Shown here: positions 13,169 through 20,950 of the stretch, piece after piece
How the letters are laid out: each line of letters starts with the position of its first letter
Numbering within the stretch: the stretch's first letter is position 1
NCBI GenBank assembly: GCA_964373225.1
Contig: CAYJTW010000003.1
Span: forward strand, 1-38,985
From: an uncultured Candidatus Peribacteria bacterium
GTDB lineage: Bacteria > Patescibacteriota > Gracilibacteria > Peribacterales > Peribacteraceae
DNA length: 38,985 nucleotides
Reading direction: 5' to 3'
Translations under genes and position numbers: made by a program
Notes under the pieces: generated by a model
What the model was told of the DNA's origin: nothing
The model's input: only the letters and a program-made list of their open reading frames with translations
Databases searched by the model: none

Positions 13169-14106
13169 CAAATATCGATCACGGCGATCGACATATTGTC
13201 CGGTTTCGGCGCCGAGCGATATCCATCGGAATATTGTCTGGCCTTTGCGCGCTCTGGAGTGGCGTCACGAATGCTCCTGAAATCCTTCATGCGGGGAATG
13301 ACCAGTTCTTCCGTCCGGACGATGATGTTCCTTGCATCACGCCCCGTGATTGCCTGGAGGAATTCCTTCGTTGTGAGATTGTCGAATACTCCGTCGGACG
13401 CAACGATCACACGGTATCCCGGCTGAAGAGGGATGGACGGCGAGCGAGTTGGAACATACGTGCCACCGATGCTGTTTGTGACTACGGCCTTGCCGTGATG
13501 ATACAGTCCTTCGTCCTCGGTAATGGCGCCTGCCCGTACCAGGCTACTCGCAAGATCTTCGTCTGCTGATTCCCGCACGAGCGTTCCCTGTGTATCGAGC
13601 ACCAGAACATGAACATCGCCGGCCTGTGTGAACTCGAGGAGCTTTGTGCCACTCGTCGCGTCCAGCGTGATACGAACATGAGTAAAACAAGCCCCCGAAC
13701 GAGAGTAGGCCGGTATGGATGCGGTCGTCTGCCGGGTAGCAGCATCAATATCATCGAACAGCAGCCCTTTGGCGAGCACCGAAGCAATTATAGCGCCGTC
13801 TGATCCATATCCATCGATCCCCGTCACTGCTGATCCGTGCACATTCATCACAATACAATCCTGATTTTCTGGATAATGTCCGTGCGCTTTATGACAGGCG
13901 GCGGTTACCCGATCGCCCGTAGCGAGTGTTTCGGTGATGATACTCGCTGCCAACGAAGCGGATGATTCCCCGTCCAAAACCACACCAAGGAGAGTGCGCA
14001 CTTCCTGTCGCTGCGCATTGAGTGTGACATGATACAATCGTTCTCCCCCCTGTGGAAGATTCTGCATGTCGAACTTTTCACCGGCAGGGAGAGTGCCATT
14101 TCGCAT
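13165..14106 (-). CDS. PP2C-fold Ser/Thr phosphatase-like protein (divergent)
   Basis: 313 aa. VVLDGESSASLA (position of the DGMGG motif), AGDVHVLV (position of GDSR), VIVASDGVFDNLT, and a C-terminal PDNMSIAVIDI (DN.T-type ending). The metal-binding Asp positions appear retained; the glycine-rich motif is degenerate. Confidence 0.6.
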   Translation of the reverse strand: MRNGTLPAGEKFDMQNLPQGGERLYHVTLNAQRQEVRTLLGVVLDGESSASLAASIITETLATGDRVTAACHKAHGHYPENQDCIVMNVHGSAVTGIDGYGSDGAIIASVLAKGLLFDDIDAATRQTTASIPAYSRSGACFTHVRITLDATSGTKLLEFTQAGDVHVLVLDTQGTLVRESADEDLASSLVRAGAITEDEGLYHHGKAVVTNSIGGTYVPTRSPSIPLQPGYRVIVASDGVFDNLTTKEFLQAITGRDARNIIVRTEELVIPRMKDFRSIRDATPERAKARQYSDGYRSAPKPDNMSIAVIDIC

Positions 14107-14153
14107 TTGAAGGCATTTAAATCTATTTACTTAGAATTGTCAATTATCGATGT

Positions 14154-14558
14154 ATGGACCTCTACGCCGAAAACATTCTCGACCACTACCGGCATCCGCG
14201 CGGGAAGCGTCCCGTCACTGCACCAACTGTCACGCATGAAGAGATCAACGTGAGCTGCGGCGACGCACTGACGATTTCCCTCGTCATTGCGAATGATCAG
14301 ATCACCGCGGTCGGATGGGAGGGGAGCGGGTGCGCCATCAGCCAGGCGGCGATATCGATGCTCAGTGAAGAACTCACGGGAAAATCATTGAAGGAGATCG
14401 AGTCGATGACGAAAGAAGATGTCTACGAACTCCTCGGTGTGCCCGTGGGGCCGAGGAGGTTCAAATGTGCGCTCCTGTGCCTGCATACACTCAAGAATGC
14501 GGTGAGGAAGTTCAGAGGGGATCCGGCGGGTGGATGGAGGGAGACGGTCGGGGCATAG
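14154..14558 (+). CDS. sufU: Fe-S cluster scaffold / sulfur acceptor, IscU/SufU (NifU N-terminal) family
   Basis: LYAENILDHYRHPR, SCGDAL, GSGCAIS, RFKCALL: three conserved Cys, with Lys rather than His before the third Cys, as in SufU. Confidence 0.85.
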   Translation: MDLYAENILDHYRHPRGKRPVTAPTVTHEEINVSCGDALTISLVIANDQITAVGWEGSGCAISQAAISMLSEELTGKSLKEIESMTKEDVYELLGVPVGPRRFKCALLCLHTLKNAVRKFRGDPAGGWRETVGA

Positions 14559-14560
14559 AA

Positions 14561-16264
14561 TCACATGCATCTCCATACTGCAAACTTCCCGATGGTCCTC
14601 TCTTTTTTGCAGATGCCGCGAACCTCCGTCGGCAGTCCGTTCGGTTCCTCCGTCACCACAAACGAGACGTGATACTTCTTCATCATCTGTGGAACATCGA
14701 CGTCGGCGTTGTCGACCATCGGCAGCAGCTCCTGATGGCGGATCAGCGTGCGCGCGTCGAGAGTACAAGCATCGTCTGTCTGGAATATCATCCTCTTGAT
14801 GCGGCAGAACGCGCGCTGCTTTGCCGATGTAAGCCCCGCGTAGCCGCCGAAGACGAACGTGTATGTGCGATCCTGCGACGCCGATGATGGAATCAGATTC
14901 ACCTGCAGTGCATAGCGCTCGGCAAGTTCGCGGTCGGTCATCTGCTGGTTCCAGCCGTATTCGTTAAAGAGCACATAGTGCGGCGTTTCGTACGGGATGC
15001 GTTCATTCAGGGCATTCGGCGCCGCGATCGCCAACGCCTCACCGGGTTGCTCCCGCAGCCACGTCAAGACTTTCGGCACATCACTCTGCGCATACTGATC
15101 CGCTGCTTGCCGCTGCCGCACGGCAAGAGCGCCGACGGCGTTCCAGAGCGTCAACATCGAGAGAAACCCCACGCCGAGCATCACCACGCGCCGCGCCGCG
15201 AGACTGCGCACACACTCCAAAAATATCACCGTCGCGCTGAGGAGCAGCACCATGCGCAGCGGCACGGTGTAGTAGGCGACGAAGATCGCGTCCCACCCGT
15301 GAATCAGTGACTGGTTCAACGCGATGAGTGAACTGAGGATGAGCGCGAGGCAGAGACGCAGACGATTCGATCCACCTTCGCTCCTGTTGGAGCTTCGGTG
15401 GACAAGTGGCCGTCCCGTTCTCCTCCACCATAGAAAGAAGAGCACGATACCGAGGCCGAGGAGCATCGCCTGCATCATCGGCGCCGCGGGCAGCCGCGAG
15501 TGGATGACGCCGACCCGTGCAAGCGTGTCCGCCGCGGCCTCGGGCGGAATATCGAGAAGAAAGCGGGGAATCAAAAATGGAATCAGGCCGAGGGCGTAGC
15601 ATGCGCCGCTTCTGAGCGTTTTTCGATATGAACGGTGCTCCAGCAATCCGAGCAGCATCAACGTTCCGTCCGCGATGATGAAGAACGACGCATAGAGCAT
15701 GTGTACCCCCGTCAGTCCGCCGGCGACGATGCCGCGCAGCAGCAACGCTCCGGCATGTTCGGCGGGGAACAGGAACGCGATCGCGAGCCACATTGCGGAC
15801 CCCGCGATCGGCACCTGGGGGTTACTGGCCCGGAACCAATAGATGCCGATATCACTCATAATGGTCAGCGCCGCCGCGCCCGCAACGATCCACGATCCTG
15901 CAAAAAAACTGAGCAGCCCGAGCGTCAGGAAGAAGACGGCGAAAAACGGCCAGAGCAGATCGCCGATCAGCAGCGTGTTCTGCAGCGAAAGACCGAGCCA
16001 TCGCATTGGCAGCCCTTCGATCACCGGCGCCATGCTCATGGCGGCGCTGTCCTGGCGGTGCTCGCGGTACGACGAGTGTCCGAGCGGCGCCGCCCCCTGG
16101 CCCGTCTTCGCGATGATCGAAAAATACAGCCGCTCGTCGATCACGTGGTCATTGAGGTAGGCGACGGAGAGCCGTCCGGCACGGAACTCGCGGAGGCTCC
16201 GCGCATTGAGCGTGAGCGTAAAGAGCAGGGCCACGAGACAGGCGAAGAGGAGACGGCGTATCAT
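14561..16264 (-). CDS. Polytopic membrane protein with a C-terminal soluble domain, function unknown (possibly a glycan-processing or GT-C-like enzyme)
   Basis: Long ORF with about 10 hydrophobic segments and a hydrophilic C-terminus. The start is placed at the ATG giving MIRRLLFACLVALLF (signal-anchor-like) rather than at the ORF-track start 16333. Confidence 0.6.
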   Translation of the reverse strand: MIRRLLFACLVALLFTLTLNARSLREFRAGRLSVAYLNDHVIDERLYFSIIAKTGQGAAPLGHSSYREHRQDSAAMSMAPVIEGLPMRWLGLSLQNTLLIGDLLWPFFAVFFLTLGLLSFFAGSWIVAGAAALTIMSDIGIYWFRASNPQVPIAGSAMWLAIAFLFPAEHAGALLLRGIVAGGLTGVHMLYASFFIIADGTLMLLGLLEHRSYRKTLRSGACYALGLIPFLIPRFLLDIPPEAAADTLARVGVIHSRLPAAPMMQAMLLGLGIVLFFLWWRRTGRPLVHRSSNRSEGGSNRLRLCLALILSSLIALNQSLIHGWDAIFVAYYTVPLRMVLLLSATVIFLECVRSLAARRVVMLGVGFLSMLTLWNAVGALAVRQRQAADQYAQSDVPKVLTWLREQPGEALAIAAPNALNERIPYETPHYVLFNEYGWNQQMTDRELAERYALQVNLIPSSASQDRTYTFVFGGYAGLTSAKQRAFCRIKRMIFQTDDACTLDARTLIRHQELLPMVDNADVDVPQMMKKYHVSFVVTEEPNGLPTEVRGICKKERTIGKFAVWRCM

Positions 16265-18038
16265 GCGGGAGATGCGTACGCATAAGGCTATCAAATTGGG
16301 TGTTCTCGTCCTAACGGAAGTTCTCTGCGCCACGGCGGCCCTCTATGCGGCTCGCCAGATCATCATCAAAGGCATCCTGTATTGGTACGGGCTCCGCGGG
16401 CCCGACGCGACGCTCTACTTTACGATGGGCACGGCGCTCCAGAACGGCATCGCGCTGTACGGCGGCATCTTCGATCCCAAGCCCCCCGCGATTTTCCTCC
16501 TCAGCGCGCTGTCGCTCTCGATGTTCGGCAACGGGATGCTCGCGGAGATCCTGAATATCCTCATTCTCCTCTGCATTCCGGCGTTGTTCCTGTTTGTCGG
16601 ATATTCCTCTGCGAAAAAAAGGGATTGGGGGATCATTCAATTCTCCGTGATCGTCGGGATCACGTTGGCGCTGTACCACGCGACGATCGGCGGGGACATT
16701 CAGACGGAGTTTTACGGGGCGTTTTTTGGATTATTGTATTTGGCAGCGATCAATCGTGATCAGATGCGTCCGCACAGTGTCACCGTCATCCTGGCATCGG
16801 GGTGTTTCGCGATCGCACTGCTCTTCAAGGAACCGTTTCTCCTCACGCTCTTCGCTGCCGCGTTGTTGATGCTCAGGAAACGTCAGGAATGGCTGCGGCT
16901 CTTCGGCATTCCTCTCCTCACGGCATGCGCTCTCTATTTTATTGTGTTGCTGCACCTCGGGGGATTGCAGAATTACTTCACGTTGTACCTGCGCGGGATG
17001 CTGGGGAATTACATTCTTGCCGGAGGACCGGTGTGGGCGAGGGGACTCGTCGCGTGGGAACGGATGTCTATCAATGTGCTCGACTTCTCCGCCTGGTTTC
17101 CGCTTCTCATCCTCGCGCTCTTCCTCCTCTCGCTGCCGCGGCATCAGGGGAAGCGCGGACAGTGCATCGGCGTGACCGTCACGGCGCTGGGAATTTCATT
17201 CTTGATGACCGTCCGCGCATTCTTCCCCGTGCAATTTCCGTGGTGGAACACAGCGATCGGGACTGCGCTGATGATTCTCTCAATCAGCGCGGGCGCGTTT
17301 GCCGCGAGCATCTGGGGCGGCGGACTTCCGACATTCATCCGGCGGACGTGGCGCCATGGACTCGCGCTCTACATCACACTCACGGCCATCGGGCTCGGGA
17401 GCGGCTTCCATGGCCAGTACTTCGCGCTCGCGCTGCCGGTGTACTTCGCGTTTTTCCTGCTCTTCCTGCGACGCCAGACATCTGAACATCCCTTTTCGCG
17501 CATGACGGTTCTCGGATGCACGGCGCTCGCGGCGGTGGTTCTCCTCAGTTCACAGTCGTTCACGCGCGTGACGCCGCTCTCCGCGAAGATCTCTCAGATT
17601 CAGCAGCAGGACAGTCAGGACCATGCCGATGCGGCCGCGCTCGATGCGGTCCTCGATGCCTGCGCCATCGACCGGTATTACTCCCTGGAGAGTTCACCGC
17701 TCCCGTACGCGAAGCACTCGCCGCTCAATTTTTACCTCTACACGCGCATCGAACACATCGACCGCTACCATCCGGTCTTCTTTGACGAAAGCTTCCGGCG
17801 CCTCGGGCAGGCGCAGATCATCATTGAAAAATCGCCGTACGTTCCGTCACCGCGGAAGGGAAATGCAGAGGAGGAATGCATCGGGAAGAGCGTGCAGACA
17901 TTCGTGCAGAAGAACTTCACAGGGACGCCGCGTGCATGCGCAAAAAATCTTTCAGTGTCGGAGGGGTATCAGATTCTTTTTAGAAAAAATCAGGACGATC
18001 ATGCGAAGCCGGATGTTTTCACATGTACGACTCTGTGA
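16263..18038 (+). CDS. Polytopic membrane protein, GT-C-like (ArnT/PMT_2-type) putative glycosyltransferase
   Basis: About 590 aa. GGIFDPKPPAIFLLSAL resembles the conserved first-loop/helix motif of ArnT/PMT_2 enzymes. It has many TM segments and a hydrophilic C-terminal domain of about 150 aa. The start is ATG 16263 (MREMRTHK) or 16272; the TTG at 16206 is unlikely. Confidence 0.6.
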   Translation: MREMRTHKAIKLGVLVLTEVLCATAALYAARQIIIKGILYWYGLRGPDATLYFTMGTALQNGIALYGGIFDPKPPAIFLLSALSLSMFGNGMLAEILNILILLCIPALFLFVGYSSAKKRDWGIIQFSVIVGITLALYHATIGGDIQTEFYGAFFGLLYLAAINRDQMRPHSVTVILASGCFAIALLFKEPFLLTLFAAALLMLRKRQEWLRLFGIPLLTACALYFIVLLHLGGLQNYFTLYLRGMLGNYILAGGPVWARGLVAWERMSINVLDFSAWFPLLILALFLLSLPRHQGKRGQCIGVTVTALGISFLMTVRAFFPVQFPWWNTAIGTALMILSISAGAFAASIWGGGLPTFIRRTWRHGLALYITLTAIGLGSGFHGQYFALALPVYFAFFLLFLRRQTSEHPFSRMTVLGCTALAAVVLLSSQSFTRVTPLSAKISQIQQQDSQDHADAAALDAVLDACAIDRYYSLESSPLPYAKHSPLNFYLYTRIEHIDRYHPVFFDESFRRLGQAQIIIEKSPYVPSPRKGNAEEECIGKSVQTFVQKNFTGTPRACAKNLSVSEGYQILFRKNQDDHAKPDVFTCTTL

Positions 18039-18323
18039 TCACCCAAACAGATTTTCATGGGTGTCAGTTGCATAGAACGTGATTTTCTCATTGCCGTCGG
18101 CGTCGATGCTCAATTTGTACAACAACAGCCAGTCACCTTCAATGTGACAGTCGCGCATGCCAGCCCATTCCCCCCGCAATCCGTGATCTTTGTATTGCAG
18201 AGGCAACAATATTCCTTCAATCAACATATCCATCACAGCATTAAGTTTCGCAACGTCCCTTCCGGACCGCTGTATTTTTGCGTAATTGCGTCGGAAACGT
18301 TTTGCGAGTTTTGCAGATCTCAT
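18039..18323 (-). CDS. yafQ: Type II toxin, YafQ family mRNA interferase (RelE/ParE superfamily)
   Basis: 94 aa. YKDHGLRGEWAGMRDCHIEGDWLLLYKL...THENLFG aligns closely with the E. coli YafQ pattern YKDH.L.G.W.G.RD.H.E.DW.L.YKL....GTH..LFG. Confidence 0.9.
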   Translation of the reverse strand: MRSAKLAKRFRRNYAKIQRSGRDVAKLNAVMDMLIEGILLPLQYKDHGLRGEWAGMRDCHIEGDWLLLYKLSIDADGNEKITFYATDTHENLFG

Positions 18324-18601
18324 TTCAATTTACGTAAGGCTCTGAACATCGATTTTTTGTCCCGATATTCCCGTACACCTATTCCGAGATCAGTCTCGCG
18401 AATATCTTTCTGGAGTTGTGTATTCGGAATTTCCGATTGCTGGACCGGTGTCGGAGCAAAGGGAAGACCACCGAATCGCTTGATCTCCATGTACAGCAGA
18501 TAAATCGCCTGTGAAGGCTTGATGCCCTGGGTTCTCAGGATCAGTTCTGCTTCTTTTCGGAGCTTCGGATCGATGCGCTGTTGGATGCGTCCGGATGTCA
18601 T
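18320..18601 (-). CDS. dinJ: Type II antitoxin, DinJ/RelB family
   Basis: 93 aa from the ATG at 18601 (MTSGRIQQRIDPKLRKEAELIL...GLPF), with a ribbon-helix-helix-type N-terminus like DinJ. ATGA overlap with the toxin start. The ORF-track N-terminal extension to 18754 overlaps the neighbouring gene and is rejected. Confidence 0.85.
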   Translation of the reverse strand: MTSGRIQQRIDPKLRKEAELILRTQGIKPSQAIYLLYMEIKRFGGLPFAPTPVQQSEIPNTQLQKDIRETDLGIGVREYRDKKSMFRALRKLK

Positions 18602-18629
18602 AGGAAGGGGTGGAGTCAAATGTACTCCA

Positions 18630-18658
18630 ATTGTACTACTTCCTTTCCTCGACGTCAA
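18630..18658 (-). promoter_or_regulatory. Sigma70-like promoter with candidate operator repeats for dinJ-yafQ
   Basis: The minus strand reads TTGACG-17 nt-TACAAT, ending 28 nt before the dinJ ATG. Direct repeats TGTACT (plus strand 18621-18626 and 18632-18637, 11-nt period) overlap the -10 element. Confidence 0.45.
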
Positions 18659-18660
18659 CA

Positions 18661-19737
18661 TCAGAAGATGATCTTCCTGAGCAAGTAACTGATCGGCGCC
18701 GTGATGAGAATGGCAACAGCCTTGGCAGTCAGATATGACATTCCCATCGCCCACAGCGCAGTCGCAAGGAGGACGCAGAGCACGGCGATGATCGCGTACA
18801 GAATCACGTACTGCTGAAACGGCACATTGCGGTGCCCTCCCCAGCGGCGATGCTGCAGCCAGAGCATGGCGGCGCCCGCGAAGACACTCGAGAGCACGAA
18901 GCCCGTGAGGATGTTCGCATGTCCGAGCGAGACGATCATCCAGAGTGAGAGCAGATCAATTGCGGCGCCGGTGATTCCCCGCAGCAGGAACGGACCAAGA
19001 TTCATGAAGAGTGCGGAGAGGTGCGGCCAGCGGATGCGCAGCACCGAGAAAAATGCTTCGTTGATTTCGTGGAAGCCGAGGTTTGATGCTCCGCGCCGGC
19101 GATTCACAAACAATGTCGGTACTTCGCCGAACCGCAGGCCCGCACAATGGATCTGCCACGCGAATTCCGAGAGGACGACGTAGCCCGTCGCGTCGATTTT
19201 GGCAAAATCAATCGCCTGAAGCGCGCGGCGCGTGTAGGCGCGGAAGCCGTTGGTGTAATCGTTGATCGGAATCCCGAGCACCAGGCGCGCGAAACGGTTG
19301 GCAAGCCTGCTGAAGAGAATCCTCTTGAGACCCCACTCGCGGATTTCGCTCCCGGCTATATAGCGCGAGCCGATCACGCAGTCACATCCTTCTGCGAGCT
19401 TGCCGCGGACGAGCGCAACTTCTTCCGGTCTGTGCGAGAAATCAGCGTCCATCTCCATGATCGTCTCGTATTCATCAGTGAGTCCCATCCTGCACCCCTC
19501 CATCACCGCCGACCCGCGTCCGCCTTTGCCTTGGCGCACCAGTAATTTCAATTTCTCCCCGTGACGTGCCTGCGCACCCCGCACCACCTCCGCCGTTCCG
19601 TCCGGCGACGAGTCATCAACGACGAGCACATCAATTCCATCATAGAGCTCGAACAGCCGGTCAATCAGCTGCACAATATTTTCCCGTTCGTTGAACGAGG
19701 GAATGATGATGAGAGTTTTATTGAGACCCATGGGCAC
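18661..19737 (-). CDS. Polyprenol/dolichol-phosphate mannose synthase-like GT2 fused to a GtrA-like membrane domain
   Basis: LIIIPSFNERENI, VVDDSSPDGT and MDADFSH in the N-terminal GT2 domain. The C-terminal 120 aa or so contain four hydrophobic helices (GtrA-like). The start is GTG 19737 or ATG 19731. Confidence 0.85.
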   Translation of the reverse strand: MPMGLNKTLIIIPSFNERENIVQLIDRLFELYDGIDVLVVDDSSPDGTAEVVRGAQARHGEKLKLLVRQGKGGRGSAVMEGCRMGLTDEYETIMEMDADFSHRPEEVALVRGKLAEGCDCVIGSRYIAGSEIREWGLKRILFSRLANRFARLVLGIPINDYTNGFRAYTRRALQAIDFAKIDATGYVVLSEFAWQIHCAGLRFGEVPTLFVNRRRGASNLGFHEINEAFFSVLRIRWPHLSALFMNLGPFLLRGITGAAIDLLSLWMIVSLGHANILTGFVLSSVFAGAAMLWLQHRRWGGHRNVPFQQYVILYAIIAVLCVLLATALWAMGMSYLTAKAVAILITAPISYLLRKIIF

Positions 19738-19741
19738 GATG

Positions 19742-20623
19742 CTACACGTTCTTATGATACCAATCGACGGTCTTCTGAAGCCCTGTTTTCAGCGGTGTCC
19801 AATGGAAATTCTTGAGAAGGGGGTTCAGCGGCATCGGCGGAAACGACGGCCCCTCCGGTTTTGAAGCATCGAAGACGATCTTCATCTCCGGTTTCATCAA
19901 ATCCCGGATCATTTCCGCGAGTTTGCCGATACTGACGCGCTCAGGAGGACAGAGGTACTGCATTCCGGTCACATTACCATCAATGAGCTCCATCAGCGCT
20001 GGCCCAACATCATTCGCGTACAAAAAAGAACGCAATTGCTTGCCGCTTCCCCACACGGTGAACGAGTATTTTCCTTCAGAACATTTTTTGATCAGCGATG
20101 GAATCACATTCGCATCAGCTCCGAAGTTGTCACCGGGTCCGTACGCACTCGCGGGACGGACGATCAGAAGAGGGGATTTGAGCTGAGCGCACACCTCCTG
20201 CCACCGATATTCACAGTGTAGTTTCCCCGCGGCGTATCCATCCTCAATTTTCTCCATTTCTAAGGAGCGGGCATTCTGCCCGCGTGCATAGGTTCCGAGA
20301 ATCGCCGTGCTGAAGAAGGTCACGGGAATGGATTTTTTGGAATCCAGGAGCGCCGAACTCAGCGCATCGGTCATCGCGAGATTGTTCTCGATCACTTCAT
20401 CACGGTGTTTCAAATGATACGCGACGTTGCGGCGGAAGGATGCGAGGTGGAAGACGTGATCGACGCCGGAGAGTATTTTTTTGCAGAAATCCGTGTCGCG
20501 AAGGTCTCCATCCGCATGCGACGGCGCGGAAACGTCAGCACCAAGTTGTCTCAAATGCCCGGCGAGAGCGCTCCCTAGGAGGCCGGTGCCGCCGGTGAGG
20601 AGGATGCGTGCATTGCGCTTCAT
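19742..20623 (-). CDS. NAD(P)-dependent epimerase/dehydratase/reductase (extended SDR)
   Basis: ILLTGGTGLLGSAL (Rossmann GxxGxxG), YAAGK (YxxxK catalytic pair). Substrate unknown. Its position next to the ColD/E1-like enzyme suggests a nucleotide-sugar 4-reductase/epimerase. Confidence 0.8.
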   Translation of the reverse strand: MKRNARILLTGGTGLLGSALAGHLRQLGADVSAPSHADGDLRDTDFCKKILSGVDHVFHLASFRRNVAYHLKHRDEVIENNLAMTDALSSALLDSKKSIPVTFFSTAILGTYARGQNARSLEMEKIEDGYAAGKLHCEYRWQEVCAQLKSPLLIVRPASAYGPGDNFGADANVIPSLIKKCSEGKYSFTVWGSGKQLRSFLYANDVGPALMELIDGNVTGMQYLCPPERVSIGKLAEMIRDLMKPEMKIVFDASKPEGPSFPPMPLNPLLKNFHWTPLKTGLQKTVDWYHKNV

Positions 20624-20648
20624 TCGAGTCTTATACCATCGGCTGTAC

Positions 20649-20676
20649 TTGACAAATAATTTTCAAATGATAATAT
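20649..20676 (+). promoter_or_regulatory. Candidate promoter abutting the start codon of the 88-aa ORF
   Basis: TTGACA (20649-20654), a 16-nt spacer, TAATAT (20671-20676), then 6 nt to the ATG at 20683. This would give an essentially leaderless transcript. Confidence 0.35.
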
Positions 20677-20682
20677 AATTAT

Positions 20683-20949
20683 ATGGCACATGAGCAACTG
20701 GAGGCAGTCATTCATGAACTTTCTGGATATTTTGAAGAAACGGAAGAGGTTTTGGGCTACCACAAAACACTTTCTCCAAATAGCAGCCTCGAACGTCAAG
20801 TGAGTCTTCTTGGGCAATTTCAAGATGCTCTTCGAGATCAACGAGAGACTGTGCTGAGAATTGTCAAAACGTTACCCATCGAACAAGCACGTTCGTTGCA
20901 GGTGGCCTGTGGAGAGAATCTGGGAGTCAATGAAGACGTCAAGGAATGA
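20683..20949 (+). CDS. Hypothetical 88-aa acidic protein (ORFan) in an AT-rich spacer
   Basis: An ORF in a visibly AT-richer segment between two minus-strand sugar genes, with a promoter-like sequence upstream. No recognisable motif. Confidence 0.45.
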   Translation: MAHEQLEAVIHELSGYFEETEEVLGYHKTLSPNSSLERQVSLLGQFQDALRDQRETVLRIVKTLPIEQARSLQVACGENLGVNEDVKE

Positions 20950-20950
20950 A

